A stretch of 64,000 nucleotides of DNA. It comes from Candidatus Rokuibacteriota bacterium (GTDB taxonomy: Bacteria; Methylomirabilota; Methylomirabilia; Rokubacteriales; DASRDR01). The position numbers and the translations under genes were made by a program. The stretch lies in contig JBIOVM010000175.1 in the NCBI GenBank assembly GCA_044867785.1, forward strand, positions 9,091-73,090, in the 5' to 3' direction. This document shows positions 48,229 through 57,713 of the stretch, in pieces (within the stretch, counting starts at the first letter, position 1; each line of letters opens with the position of its first letter). The notes beneath the pieces are model-generated. The model had not been told where the DNA came from. It did no database searches and was given only the letters and a program-made list of their open reading frames with translations.

Positions 48229-48585
48229 TCAGGATACCGTCAGCTCCCTGATCGGCCGAACCTCGATGCTGCCCAGGCGCAGGGGCGGGATCCTCGAGGC
48301 GACCTGGATCGCCTCGTCCAGATCGCGGGCGTCGATCAGATAGAAGCCACCCAGCTGCTCCTTCGTCTCGGCGAAGGGGCCGTCGGTGGTCGAGAGCTTG
48401 CCGGGCCGGCTCCGGAGCGTGGTGGCCGTTCGGACCGGCTGGAGCGCCTCCGCCGCGAGATAGTGACCGCTCTTCCGGATCTCGTCACCGAAGGCCAGAC
48501 ATTCGTCCGTGAGCGCGACCGACTCGCTCTTCGGGAGCGCGTCGAGCGTGCGCTCGTCGAAGTAGACCAGGCACAGGTACTTCAT
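48229..48585 (-). CDS. YciI (DGPF) family protein, second paralog
   Basis: TDGPFAETKEQLGGFY..IEVRP; GAGGAGG RBS. Confidence 0.93.
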   Translation of the reverse strand: MKYLCLVYFDERTLDALPKSESVALTDECLAFGDEIRKSGHYLAAEALQPVRTATTLRSRPGKLSTTDGPFAETKEQLGGFYLIDARDLDEAIQVASRIPPLRLGSIEVRPIRELTVS

Positions 48586-48627
48586 CGCGTCCTCCTCGCG
48601 GACAACCCCTCGGGTGGGCACGGGATG

Positions 48628-48653
48628 GTCGTTCGGCGAGACTTCGATTCGAC
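48628..48653 (-). promoter_or_regulatory. Putative ECF promoter GTCGA-N17-CGAC
   Basis: GTCGAAT..CGACCA upstream of the second yciI. Confidence 0.6.
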
Positions 48654-48766
48654 GGACCCCCGGAGCGCGCCGCGATCCGCGACGGAGTGTGTCATTTTGT
48701 CGCGGCCGGCACGGACGCCGTGGACGCGGCCACGCCGGGCCGCCCGGCGGGCGAGCGCCGCGGCAT

Positions 48767-48792
48767 GTCGAGCGCGGCCCGGTCGGATCGAC
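48767..48792 (+). promoter_or_regulatory. Putative ECF promoter GTCGA-N17-CGAC
   Basis: TGTCGAGC..CGACTA upstream of the BNR-repeat gene. Confidence 0.6.
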
Positions 48793-48865
48793 TATACAGT
48801 GAGAAGGGTCGGCGCCCGACGCCGCCCGGCCGAGGATCATCGAGCACGCCAGGAAGGAGCGCGGG

Positions 48866-50053
48866 ATGAGCGAAGTGCGAGTTCTGGTCGGCACACGGAA
48901 AGGGGCGTTCACGCTGACGGCGGATGCCCAGCGCACGCATTGGGAGGTCAGCGGTCCGCACTTCGCCGGGTGGGAGATCTACCATCTCAAGGGATCCCCC
49001 GCCGACCCGAACCGGCTGTACGCCTCGCAGTCCAGCGGCTGGTTCGGGCAGATCATCCAGCGCTCCGACGACGGCGGCAAGACCTGGCACCAGCCGGGGA
49101 CTCCGCCCGGCGAGCCCACCACCACGCCTGACGGGATGCCGAAGGGCGAGAGCAACAAGTTCGTCTACGACACGTCCGCCGAGACCGGCAAGCCTCTCAC
49201 GACCCACCAGTGGTACGACGGCACGCCGCATCCGTGGGAGTTCAAGCGCGTCTGGCATCTGGAGCCGTCCCTGACCGATCCGGACACCGTCTACGCGGGC
49301 GTCGAGGACGCCGCCTTGTTCCGCTCGACCGACGGCGGCCGGACCTGGCGCGAGCTGGCGGGGCTGCGCGGCCACGGCTCCGGCTCGTCCTGGCAGCCGG
49401 GGGCCGGCGGCATGTGCCTCCACACGATCCTCCTGGATCCGCGCCACCGCGACCGCATCATCGTCGCGATCTCGGCGGCCGGGGCCTTCCGCAGCGACGA
49501 CGCCGGCCAGACGTGGCGCCCCATCAACCGGGGCCTCCATTCGCTCTACATTCCCAACGCGACAGCCGAGGTCGGCCACTGCGTGCACCGGCTCGCGATG
49601 CACCCCGCGCGGCCGGGCCTGCTCTTCATGCAGAAGCACTGGGACGTGATGCGGAGCGACGACGGCGGGGAATCGTGGCGGGAGGTCAGTGGCAACCTGC
49701 CGAGCGACTTCGGGTTCCCGATCGACGTCCACGCGCACGACCCGGAGACCGTCTACGTCGTCCCGATCAAGAGCGACTCGGAGCACTATCCGCCCGACGG
49801 AAAGCTTCGCGTGTATCGGAGCCGGTCGGGGGGCGACGAGTGGGAGGCGCTCACGCGGGGCCTGCCGCAGCGGCACTGCTACGTCAACGTGCTGCGGGAC
49901 GCGATGGCCGTCGACTCGCTCGATCCGTGCGGCGTGTACTTCGGCACCACCGGCGGCCAGGTCTACGTGTCCGCCGACGGCGGGGACAATTGGGCGCCGA
50001 TCGTCCGGGACCTTCCGTCCGTCGTGTCGGTGGAGGTCCAGACTCTGCCATGA
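48866..50053 (+). CDS. BNR/Asp-box beta-propeller protein (cytoplasmic)
   Basis: Six SxDGGxxW-type Asp boxes; LVGTRKG start; no signal peptide. Confidence 0.92.
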   Translation: MSEVRVLVGTRKGAFTLTADAQRTHWEVSGPHFAGWEIYHLKGSPADPNRLYASQSSGWFGQIIQRSDDGGKTWHQPGTPPGEPTTTPDGMPKGESNKFVYDTSAETGKPLTTHQWYDGTPHPWEFKRVWHLEPSLTDPDTVYAGVEDAALFRSTDGGRTWRELAGLRGHGSGSSWQPGAGGMCLHTILLDPRHRDRIIVAISAAGAFRSDDAGQTWRPINRGLHSLYIPNATAEVGHCVHRLAMHPARPGLLFMQKHWDVMRSDDGGESWREVSGNLPSDFGFPIDVHAHDPETVYVVPIKSDSEHYPPDGKLRVYRSRSGGDEWEALTRGLPQRHCYVNVLRDAMAVDSLDPCGVYFGTTGGQVYVSADGGDNWAPIVRDLPSVVSVEVQTLP

Positions 50054-50346
50054 TCCGGGTCGTTCTGCCCGCCCACCTGCGTACGCTCGCGCGGGTCGAC
50101 GGGGAGGTGGCGGTCCACGTCCAGGAGCCGGTGACGCTGGGCGCGGTCCTGGACGCCGTCGAGGCGAGGTACCCGATGCTGCGGGGGACGATCCGCGACC
50201 ACGTCACGCGGGAGCGACGGGCGTTCGTGCGCTACTTTGCCTGCGAGCAGGATCTTTCCCACGAATCGCCCGATACCCTGCTGCCCGGCCAGGTCGCGAG
50301 CGGGACGGAGCCCTTCCTGGTGGTGGGCGCCATGGCCGGCGGCTAG
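50050..50346 (+). CDS. MoaD/ThiS-family ubiquitin-like protein
   Basis: [17 protein letters not shown]-terminal AMAGG; ATGA overlap. Confidence 0.9.
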   Translation: MIRVVLPAHLRTLARVDGEVAVHVQEPVTLGAVLDAVEARYPMLRGTIRDHVTRERRAFVRYFACEQDLSHESPDTLLPGQVASGTEPFLVVGAMAGG

Positions 50347-50388
50347 CGGCGCGCCGGCACGCCGCGTCGCCGCGGGGAGATTCCGCCC

Positions 50389-50781
50389 ATGACCTATGCC
50401 TTGTGGATCGTGCAGGTCCTGCTCGCGCTGCTCTTTCTGTTCGGCGGCGGCCTCAAGCTCGTGATGCCGGTCGAGGAGATGATCAGGCAGATGCCGGTGT
50501 CCCTGCCGGGCGGGTTCCTCCGGTTCATCGGCGTGGCCGAGTTGCTCGGCGGCCTGGGGCTCATCTTGCCCGCGCTCTTGCGCATCCGACCGGGCCTGAC
50601 CCCGCTGGCCGCCGCCGGGCTCGTCATCATCATGGCCGGCGCGACCGCCGTCACGCTTCTCGGCGGGGACGTCCTCACGGCCCTGATGCCCTTCGCGGTG
50701 GGCCTCCTGGCGGCCTTCGTCGCCTACGGCCGCTGGCGGCTGGCCCCGATCCACCCCGCCTCTTCCCATGCAGTCCGCTAG
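50389..50781 (+). CDS. DoxX family membrane protein
   Basis: LWIVQVLLALLFLFGGGLKL, FIGVAELLGGLGLILP, LAAAGL. Confidence 0.92.
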   Translation: MTYALWIVQVLLALLFLFGGGLKLVMPVEEMIRQMPVSLPGGFLRFIGVAELLGGLGLILPALLRIRPGLTPLAAAGLVIIMAGATAVTLLGGDVLTALMPFAVGLLAAFVAYGRWRLAPIHPASSHAVR

Positions 50782-51119
50782 GCTCGGCACGACGCGCCCG
50801 TCATCGTGACGCCGGCGCGACACCGTGGCGCCGGTGTACGCCTCGTCGATACCCCCGCCGAGCCGACCGGCGGCCGCCGCAACGGGCGTCGCCGGATCTC
50901 GGGCGACGTCTGAGTCGCCCGGGCGCGGGCTCGCGCACGTTCGAGGCCGTTCGAGATACGTTCGAGGCCGCTCGAGACGATGTAGACCCCTCGCCTCGGC
51001 GGCCCGGGAGCGGGCGCCCGTCGAGCGGCGCCGTCTCGCAGGTCCCCGCGTCGCCGGTCGGCGTCGCGGCTTCTCGGCAACGTTTCGTCGGCCCGAAGGT
51101 TGCACGAGGAGGAAACCGC

Positions 51120-51617
51120 ATGTCCCAGGGAGCGTCCGCCGCGGTGGTGGCCAAAGCGGTCGTCGAGCGCGACACCGCCCCGACCGCCCCGGAGGTCCGC
51201 TTCCTCTTCCCGCCGATCATGCCCCTGGTTCTGTCTCTCCTGGAGGAGCTCCGGGCGCCCTCGGATGCGGTCGAGTGCGCCTTCCTGGCCTCCGGCGACC
51301 AGTACGCCATCCGGCTTCCATCGTCGCGAACGAGGAGCGAGGCGCTCCTGCTGCCCCGCCGGGCGCTCGAGCGCGCGCTGACCGACCTGGGCGCCCGCCG
51401 CCAGGTGCGCAATCTCTTGCGGGCCTGGATCGAGGCCCCCGCGCCCAAACGCGCGGCGGGCGAAGGCGCTCTTCAGGCGTCGTACTTCTCCGCGCTGGAG
51501 GTCCGATCGCTTCTGGGACCCCGCTGCGGCCGCTGTGAGGGGCCCTTGCTGGCGGAAGACGCCATCGTGGTCTCGGAGGCGTCCCGCCGGCACCTGGCAT
51601 GTCCGCCCGCGTGGTAA
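51120..51617 (+). CDS. Hypothetical protein with C-terminal CxxC..HxxC motif
   Basis: GAGGAGG RBS; CGRC...HLAC; GG-N10-GC site CGGCCCGAAGGTTGCA at 51089-51104. Confidence 0.65.
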   Translation: MSQGASAAVVAKAVVERDTAPTAPEVRFLFPPIMPLVLSLLEELRAPSDAVECAFLASGDQYAIRLPSSRTRSEALLLPRRALERALTDLGARRQVRNLLRAWIEAPAPKRAAGEGALQASYFSALEVRSLLGPRCGRCEGPLLAEDAIVVSEASRRHLACPPAW

Positions 51618-51702
51618 GCGCGGCCCGATCGCGTGCTGCCCGCCGACCCGTTTCCCGAGCGGCCGTGATTCATCCGAGACCACGAGCTGAGAGGAGAGGC
51701 CC

Positions 51703-52008
51703 ATGAAATCCCAGATCGGTACGGACGCACTGCTCGAGGCGATCGAACGGCGACTCGGCGAGATCTCGGAGCGCCAGCACGCGCTGGCCACGGAGAAAAC
51801 CTACCTCATGGAGCAGATCACGCCTCTGCGGCTCGGCGTGGCGTCGCCCGACGTCGCCGTGCTCCAGCTCCGGTCGAGGGGGATCACGCTCCGAGGGCTG
51901 GCGCCCGCGCCGGCCGGGACCCGCCGCCCGCGCCCGGTCGTCCTGCGAGCCGTCGTCTCCCGGCCACTGCGGCCGTCGCTCCCGTCGCCGAAGTCCGAGA
52001 CCGCGTAG
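51703..52008 (+). CDS. Hypothetical coiled-coil protein
   Basis: GAGGAGAGG RBS, gene-like codon usage. Confidence 0.65.
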   Translation: MKSQIGTDALLEAIERRLGEISERQHALATEKTYLMEQITPLRLGVASPDVAVLQLRSRGITLRGLAPAPAGTRRPRPVVLRAVVSRPLRPSLPSPKSETA

Positions 52009-52041
52009 CGCGCCGAGGCCGCGGTCCGGCCGCCCCTCCGG

Positions 52042-54240
52042 TCACTGCGCGAAGCGCCGCACGACGTTGTCGACGATGCGGGAGATGTTGTTCCGGTAGC
52101 CGTTGTGAGAGAGGCTCCCGCAGAAGGTGATCGAGCCGACCGAGAAGACCGCGCCGCCGTTCGGCGTCTCGAAGTAGACCATGTCGGCGCGGATCAACGC
52201 GTCGGGCGGCTCGCCGGGCCACGTCGCCACGTGCGTGAGCCAGTCCTCGGGGACCAGCACGAACCGGGTGAGGTCGTGCTTCTCCGACGAGGCCAGCACT
52301 ACGGCGTGAGGCGGCGTCCCCAGCCGGAGGTCCGCCCGGTCCAGCTCGAACCCCGCCGCGCCGCCGCCCGAGAGCCCGAAGTCGCCCAAGATCGCGTCGG
52401 GCACACCGTCGAAGATCCAGGAGACCCGCGCGTCCGTCGACGCCGGCAGGCGGCGATAGTACGAGCCCTCGAAGGGCCCCTGTGACGTGAAGCCCACGCC
52501 GCAGAGCTTCTGCGGGGGGCGCCCGTTTCGGCGCCAGAGGCCGCCGTACTGCCCGTCCAGGCTCATGTAGTACTCGCCGGGATCGGCGGCCCACGCGCGG
52601 ATCCCGCCCTCGGCGCGTCGGACCTCCAGGGCCCCGGGCACGGCCGGGTGCGCCGCGACCCGCCAGTAGAACCCGTTCCCGCCGAGGTACATCAGGCGGC
52701 CGCCGCGCTCGAGGTAGGCGGCCAGGGCGTCCATGGTCTCCCGGCTCTGATACTCGGGGTGCGTCGGCGTGAGGACGACCTTGTAGGAGGCCAGCAGCTG
52801 GACGCCCTCGGCGTGGAGGTCCTCGTCGGTCACGACGTCGTACCGGTGACCCATCTGCTCGAGCCAGTCGAGGAGGTAGAGATCCGCCGGCAGGTGGCGG
52901 ACTCCCGAGCCGCGCGGGTCGACGTAGGCGAGGAAGCCCGAGCGAAGATTCAGGATGGGCCTGAGGCGCGAGGAGTGGGCGATGCCGCTCCCATCGTGGT
53001 GGTAGTTGTAGGTAGACAGCCCGTACTCCTGGTGCTCGTCGGGCGTCCAGGGGCGCGCGTGCCAGGCCGCCACCCGCGCCCGGTACTCGTCGTCCGTCAC
53101 GCCGCGCGCGATGTTCGCGTACACGATGTACGTGAAGGTCGGCATGAGCACGCACACGTCGGCGGTGGCCTGTCCGCGGCGAGGGCGGACGAAGAACGGG
53201 ATCATGTCCTCCGCGTCGCCCGCTCGCACGCGCACGGCGTAGACGCCGCTCCGCAGCCCCTCGGGGACCGTGTACGTGAAGTCGGTGGCCCACGCGCAGT
53301 CGTAGAGGTCGTCGTCGTGGAAGTGGATCGCGCCGTAGTGCCCGGGAGCGTGGCGCCAGCACATCTCCTCGCCCGTCCACCCGGAGCCCATCATGGCGCG
53401 GGTCGGGAGGTTGACGAGCTGCCCGTGGAGACCGTTCGGGCCCACGTCTACCGCCCGCGTGCTGGACGTCTCGCGGCTGAAGTCCCAGGTCGCCACCACG
53501 TGGCGGCGGGAGCTCCCATCCGGCGCGGCGGCGATCGCGCTCTCGGCCAGCGCGGCGTCGTAGAGCGCGGGCCGCTCGATCTTGCCGTTGTAGTGGCCGA
53601 CCACCGGCTCGCCGCCCATCGCGGCCACCAGCAGAGGCCCGCCGGTGTCGAGCGCCGGCGGGAAGGCGACGGACGTGGAGGCGCGGCCGCCGTCCTCCAC
53701 CCGGACCCGCGGCGCCAGCGGCGCCTGCCCCGCCGCGAGCGTCCGCGTCGCCGCGTCGTACGTCGCCCACACGCGATACCACGTCCGCGCGAGCAGGGGC
53801 TTGCCGACGTGCGCGATCGCCACTCGCCCCTTGCCGTCCCCGACCAGCGCTCCCGCGCCCCGCTCGTCGAGGAACAGGGCGAACCCGGCGCCGGTGCGGG
53901 GATCGTGCCGCGCCACGACGCCCTGCCGGCCCTCGCCGGGCAAGGTCGGCCAGATCGTGGCGACCACGGTGAAGCTGTCGAGGCGTCGGAGCGCCGGCGC
54001 GTCCGGCACCCGGAGGTAGGAGCCCAGCGGCACCGGCTGGATCCGGGAGGGATAGCTTGCGGCGAACGGCGCGGCGACCGGCTCCTCCTTGATTCCCGGC
54101 CCGGCCGGGTTGGGATCGCCGGAGATCAGGCGGACCAGGCGCGCCTGATAGGGGGCGTCGGAGGCGCTGGACACCTTGAAGGCGATCGTCTCGCCCGGGG
54201 CGACGGAGAAGCGATCCGCGTAGCCGGTGATCGGAAGCAT
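52042..54240 (-). CDS. N,N-dimethylformamidase large-subunit family protein
   Basis: AIHFHDDD, PTFTYIVYAN, GLSTYNYH.DGSG, HPEY, LMYLGGNGFYW, GFELD, GAVFSVGSI; GAGGAG RBS. Confidence 0.93.
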   Translation of the reverse strand: MLPITGYADRFSVAPGETIAFKVSSASDAPYQARLVRLISGDPNPAGPGIKEEPVAAPFAASYPSRIQPVPLGSYLRVPDAPALRRLDSFTVVATIWPTLPGEGRQGVVARHDPRTGAGFALFLDERGAGALVGDGKGRVAIAHVGKPLLARTWYRVWATYDAATRTLAAGQAPLAPRVRVEDGGRASTSVAFPPALDTGGPLLVAAMGGEPVVGHYNGKIERPALYDAALAESAIAAAPDGSSRRHVVATWDFSRETSSTRAVDVGPNGLHGQLVNLPTRAMMGSGWTGEEMCWRHAPGHYGAIHFHDDDLYDCAWATDFTYTVPEGLRSGVYAVRVRAGDAEDMIPFFVRPRRGQATADVCVLMPTFTYIVYANIARGVTDDEYRARVAAWHARPWTPDEHQEYGLSTYNYHHDGSGIAHSSRLRPILNLRSGFLAYVDPRGSGVRHLPADLYLLDWLEQMGHRYDVVTDEDLHAEGVQLLASYKVVLTPTHPEYQSRETMDALAAYLERGGRLMYLGGNGFYWRVAAHPAVPGALEVRRAEGGIRAWAADPGEYYMSLDGQYGGLWRRNGRPPQKLCGVGFTSQGPFEGSYYRRLPASTDARVSWIFDGVPDAILGDFGLSGGGAAGFELDRADLRLGTPPHAVVLASSEKHDLTRFVLVPEDWLTHVATWPGEPPDALIRADMVYFETPNGGAVFSVGSITFCGSLSHNGYRNNISRIVDNVVRRFAQ

Positions 54241-54536
54241 CGATCTCCTCGGTCCGGAATGAGGGCACGACAAGCGGCCGCCCGTATCGTCGGCGTGTTT
54301 CGGAGTCTAGCGCGCCCCCCGTGGGACCAGCAAGCGGCGGGGTCCGTCGGCACGGCGTTGCGCCGGTGCCGGCGGATCGGCGCGCCCCGCTCTTGACCGG
54401 TCGCGAAGGGCTGGCTAGTAATGCTCCTCGTGGTCATCCCCCGGCTCATCGTGAGGCCGCGCCGAGGCCGCGACTACGCGTGCCGGTCCGCGCCCCCACG
54501 CGGCCCGGTCACCAACCGAGCGCCGCGAGGGTCGCG

Positions 54537-54664
54537 ATGAAGGTGGGGGTGCTCTACGAGCGTACGGCCTCTTGCCGGTCGACCCCGCGACCCTCCCCGA
54601 GGCGAACCGGCGGCGGCTGGAGGTCTACCGGCGCATGCGGGAGATCATCGACCGCACCCGTTGA
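54537..54664 (+). pseudogene. Probable deletion remnant (N-terminal stub joined out of frame to a C-terminal stub)
   Basis: GAGG-ATG MKVGVLYE, then in another frame YGLLPVDPATLPEANRRRLEVYRRMREIIDRTR* with strong GC3 bias; family not identified. Confidence 0.35.
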
Positions 54665-54685
54665 GCGTGCGTCCGGCGACCGCCG

Positions 54686-55555
54686 CTAGAACCCGTAGAG
54701 GCGCGCGGGATTGTCGACGAGGATCTTCCGGCGGGTCCGCGCATCGGGCGCCCACACCGGCAGTTGATCGAGCAAGCGGGCGTCGTCGATCGGGAGCGGC
54801 GGGTTCACGTCGGTCGGTGCGCGCCCGGGCCGGGTCACGGCGTCCGGATGCGGCCAGTCCGTGCCCCAGACGATGCGCTCCGGATTCGACTCGATGAGCG
54901 CTCGGGCGAGCGGCACGACGTCCGGGTAGTCGGGCGCCAGCGTGGACGCCCGATAGGCGCCGGAGATCTTGACGTAGGCCTTCCCGGACCGGACGAGCGC
55001 CAGGAGGTCGGCGAATCCAGGCTGCTCCGGCCCCAGCGCGGCTCGGGCGCCGCCGAAGTGGTCGAACACGACGGGCACCGGCGACGCGGCGACGAGGTCC
55101 TTGAGCGCGGCGACCATGGCTAGGGTCGTGTAGACCTGGACGTGCCAGCCGCGATCCCGCACGCGCGCGATGGCGGCGTGGAGGTGGCGCCCGCCGACGG
55201 CCGGATCGTCGGTCCCCACCGTCGCCAGGTTCAGCCGGATGCCACGCACGCCGGCCCGGCCCATGGCGTCGAGGTCACCCTCGGACGTCTTGGCGTCGAT
55301 GACCGCCACCCCGCGGGCGTCGGCCCCGCGCGCCTTCATGCCGTAGAGCGTGGCCGAGTTGTCGGTCCCGTAGACGCTCGGCGTGACGATGACGACGCGC
55401 TGGATGCCGAGCGCCCGATGGAGCGCCGCCATCGCTTCCGGCAGCGCCACCTCCGGCGTGTAGACCCGTCCCGGGAAGAACGGGAACGCCGCGGGATCGC
55501 CATGGATGTGCGTGTGGCAATCGCACGCACCGGCGGGCACCTCGAAGGTCACCAC
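54686..55555 (-). CDS. Amidohydrolase_2 family (LigI-like lactonase)
   Basis: CDCHTH, PSVYGTDN, GVRGIRLN, VFDHFG, YVKISG, WGTDWPH, NPARLYGF. Confidence 0.92.
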   Translation of the reverse strand: MVTFEVPAGACDCHTHIHGDPAAFPFFPGRVYTPEVALPEAMAALHRALGIQRVVIVTPSVYGTDNSATLYGMKARGADARGVAVIDAKTSEGDLDAMGRAGVRGIRLNLATVGTDDPAVGGRHLHAAIARVRDRGWHVQVYTTLAMVAALKDLVAASPVPVVFDHFGGARAALGPEQPGFADLLALVRSGKAYVKISGAYRASTLAPDYPDVVPLARALIESNPERIVWGTDWPHPDAVTRPGRAPTDVNPPLPIDDARLLDQLPVWAPDARTRRKILVDNPARLYGF

Positions 55556-55657
55556 GGCCGTTCGCCGCGCATGGACCGAGCATACCAGCGGGGGCGACGG
55601 CCGGGAGGCCCGTCAGCCGGGCGGCGCCGGGCGGGACTCAGGGGCGGGCGGAGCGCG

Positions 55658-56764
55658 TCAGCGGGCCGCGTCGTGCGGCACCCGCCGTTCCGTGGGCGGC
55701 AGGACGAGATAGCTCAGAAGCCACGCCATCCCGCCCGTGATCACGATGGCGCCCGTCCAGAGGTGCACGGACCAGGCGAGGCGCGCCCACACGAGGACCA
55801 CCGCGAAGTACAGGAGATACTGCACGGCCGGCACGGCGAACGCCACCGTCCGGAACGCGAGCGGCCGCTCGGGCGACGGGCCGAGCCAGGCGACGAGGCC
55901 GTCGGCGATCAAGCCCGCCAGGACCGAGGCGCCGATCAGTGGTCCCGGACCGGTGTCGAGGTACTTGTCGTGAATGATCGCCATCAGCGCGACGTTCAGG
56001 GACAAGAGGAGCGTGAAGCTGCCCGGGGGCAAAGAGCGCTGCCGGAGCACGTACAGCACCGGGCCCATCAGCACCACGGGCTGGACCAAGAACCCGGCGA
56101 GCCCGACCGACTGGTAGAGGAACGCCCGGTCCGAGGTGCCTACCGCCGCGGCGTGCGCCACCCAGGTCGTTCCGTACGGGCTCGCGTACTCGGTGAAGAA
56201 CGTGAGGAGAGACACGAACAGCGTCAGGGACACGGCCATCGGCATCCGTCCGAGCCACGTCGCGGCCGTCGTCGAGTCACGGTGGAGGCCTGCTCGAAGC
56301 GGTCCCGTCACCATGAGCGCGCCGCCGTAGGCGAGGGCGAGGTGGCTCGGGCTGATCAGCCCCTCGACGCCGTCCTCGATGCCGAAGGCGATGTGCCAGA
56401 GCATGTCGACCAGGCCGCCGACGAAGAACACGAAGGCACCGATCAGCGAGAGGCGATAGCCGGGCGGCAAGGCGGCCGACCGCGGGGCACCCCGTCGCCG
56501 ATGCCGGTAGAACTCCAGGACGAGGACGGCCGTGCCGGCCGCATAGCCGGAATAGAGGACCGCGTGCCAGGGCGTGAAGAAGGTCTCGAGCGACGGCACG
56601 TGGATGTGAGCCCATCCGTCGAGGTACAGGCCCCCGATGAGCCAGGCGCCGAGGGCGACCATGAGCCAGTCGAAGCCGGCCCCGCCGCGCGCCGCGAGGG
56701 CGCGGCCCGGCGTCCCGGGCGCGCCGACGGCGTGCCTCGGCTCGACGGTCGCGGGGTTAGCCAT
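55658..56764 (-). CDS. Polytopic membrane protein, unknown function
   Basis: Roughly 10 TM segments; GLYLDGWAH, FFTPWH, DMLWH, ISPSH conserved-looking His motifs. Confidence 0.82.
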   Translation of the reverse strand: MANPATVEPRHAVGAPGTPGRALAARGGAGFDWLMVALGAWLIGGLYLDGWAHIHVPSLETFFTPWHAVLYSGYAAGTAVLVLEFYRHRRRGAPRSAALPPGYRLSLIGAFVFFVGGLVDMLWHIAFGIEDGVEGLISPSHLALAYGGALMVTGPLRAGLHRDSTTAATWLGRMPMAVSLTLFVSLLTFFTEYASPYGTTWVAHAAAVGTSDRAFLYQSVGLAGFLVQPVVLMGPVLYVLRQRSLPPGSFTLLLSLNVALMAIIHDKYLDTGPGPLIGASVLAGLIADGLVAWLGPSPERPLAFRTVAFAVPAVQYLLYFAVVLVWARLAWSVHLWTGAIVITGGMAWLLSYLVLPPTERRVPHDAAR

Positions 56765-57713
56765 CGGCGACGGCGTGGCTGACGCTGCCGCGCGCCCGGT
56801 CCGCGTCCGCCCACTGGTGCAGCGCCGCCCAGGCGCTCGCGAAAGCCCGCTGGTCCTGGGCCTCCAGCGGGCGGAGGCGGCGGCGGCGCACCCGGTCGTG
56901 CGCGCCCGTGGCGAACGTGAGGAGGTCTACCGGCACCTTGAGGCACTGCCCGACGATGCCCCAGACCAGCGCGGGGTCCCGCTGCGTCCACGCGTTCCGG
57001 GCCAGGGCGCTGCACGCGTTCCGGCGCGAGCGGAGTCGGAGGCGGAGCCCGGCGTTGTTGGTGCGGTGCCCGAGTAGCGGCTCCTCCAGCGCGGCGAATC
57101 GGCTGTGACGGTACGTGCGCAGGAGCAAGTCGAAGTCCTGCCCGCGCTGGCGTCCGGCATCGTACCGGTGGCGCCGGAACCACGTGATGCGGCCCATCCA
57201 CGTCGGATGATACAGGAGGAAGCCCCGGCGCGGATGGCGACAGATCGCCTCGTGACGCGTCTCCACCGGCTCCTTGCCCGTCGAGCGGCCGCCGTCCACG
57301 AAGTGGATCATTCCGCTGCCGAGCAGATCCACGTCTCGGTGCGCGTCGAGGTAGCAAGCCTGGCGCGCCAGCCGGTCCGGGAACGCGAAGTCGTCGCCGT
57401 CGATCCTCGCGAAGTACGCGCCGCGCGCGGAGTCGACGAGCTGGTTGAGCCGGACGGCGAGGCCGCGCGACGTGGCGTGGTGGGTGATCCGCACGCGCGC
57501 GTCGCGCACGCCCTCCAGCAGCTCGGCGGTGCGGTCGGTCGACCCGTCGTTCGCGACCAAGAGCTCCCAGCTCGACAAGGTCTGGAAGAGGATCGACCGG
57601 ACGGCCGCCAGGACCGTCGCTTCCGCGTTCCGCACCACCAGCCCGACGCTCACCCGGGGGAGCGGAGGCTCCGCGCCGTCCGGGACACCGGCAACCCGGT
57701 CAGTCGGCGCCAC
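56757..57713 (-). CDS. Glycosyltransferase family 2
   Basis: NDGSTD, ARIDGDD, HPT, GQDFDL. Confidence 0.9.
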   Translation of the reverse strand: MAPTDRVAGVPDGAEPPLPRVSVGLVVRNAEATVLAAVRSILFQTLSSWELLVANDGSTDRTAELLEGVRDARVRITHHATSRGLAVRLNQLVDSARGAYFARIDGDDFAFPDRLARQACYLDAHRDVDLLGSGMIHFVDGGRSTGKEPVETRHEAICRHPRRGFLLYHPTWMGRITWFRRHRYDAGRQRGQDFDLLLRTYRHSRFAALEEPLLGHRTNNAGLRLRLRSRRNACSALARNAWTQRDPALVWGIVGQCLKVPVDLLTFATGAHDRVRRRRLRPLEAQDQRAFASAWAALHQWADADRARGSVSHAVADG

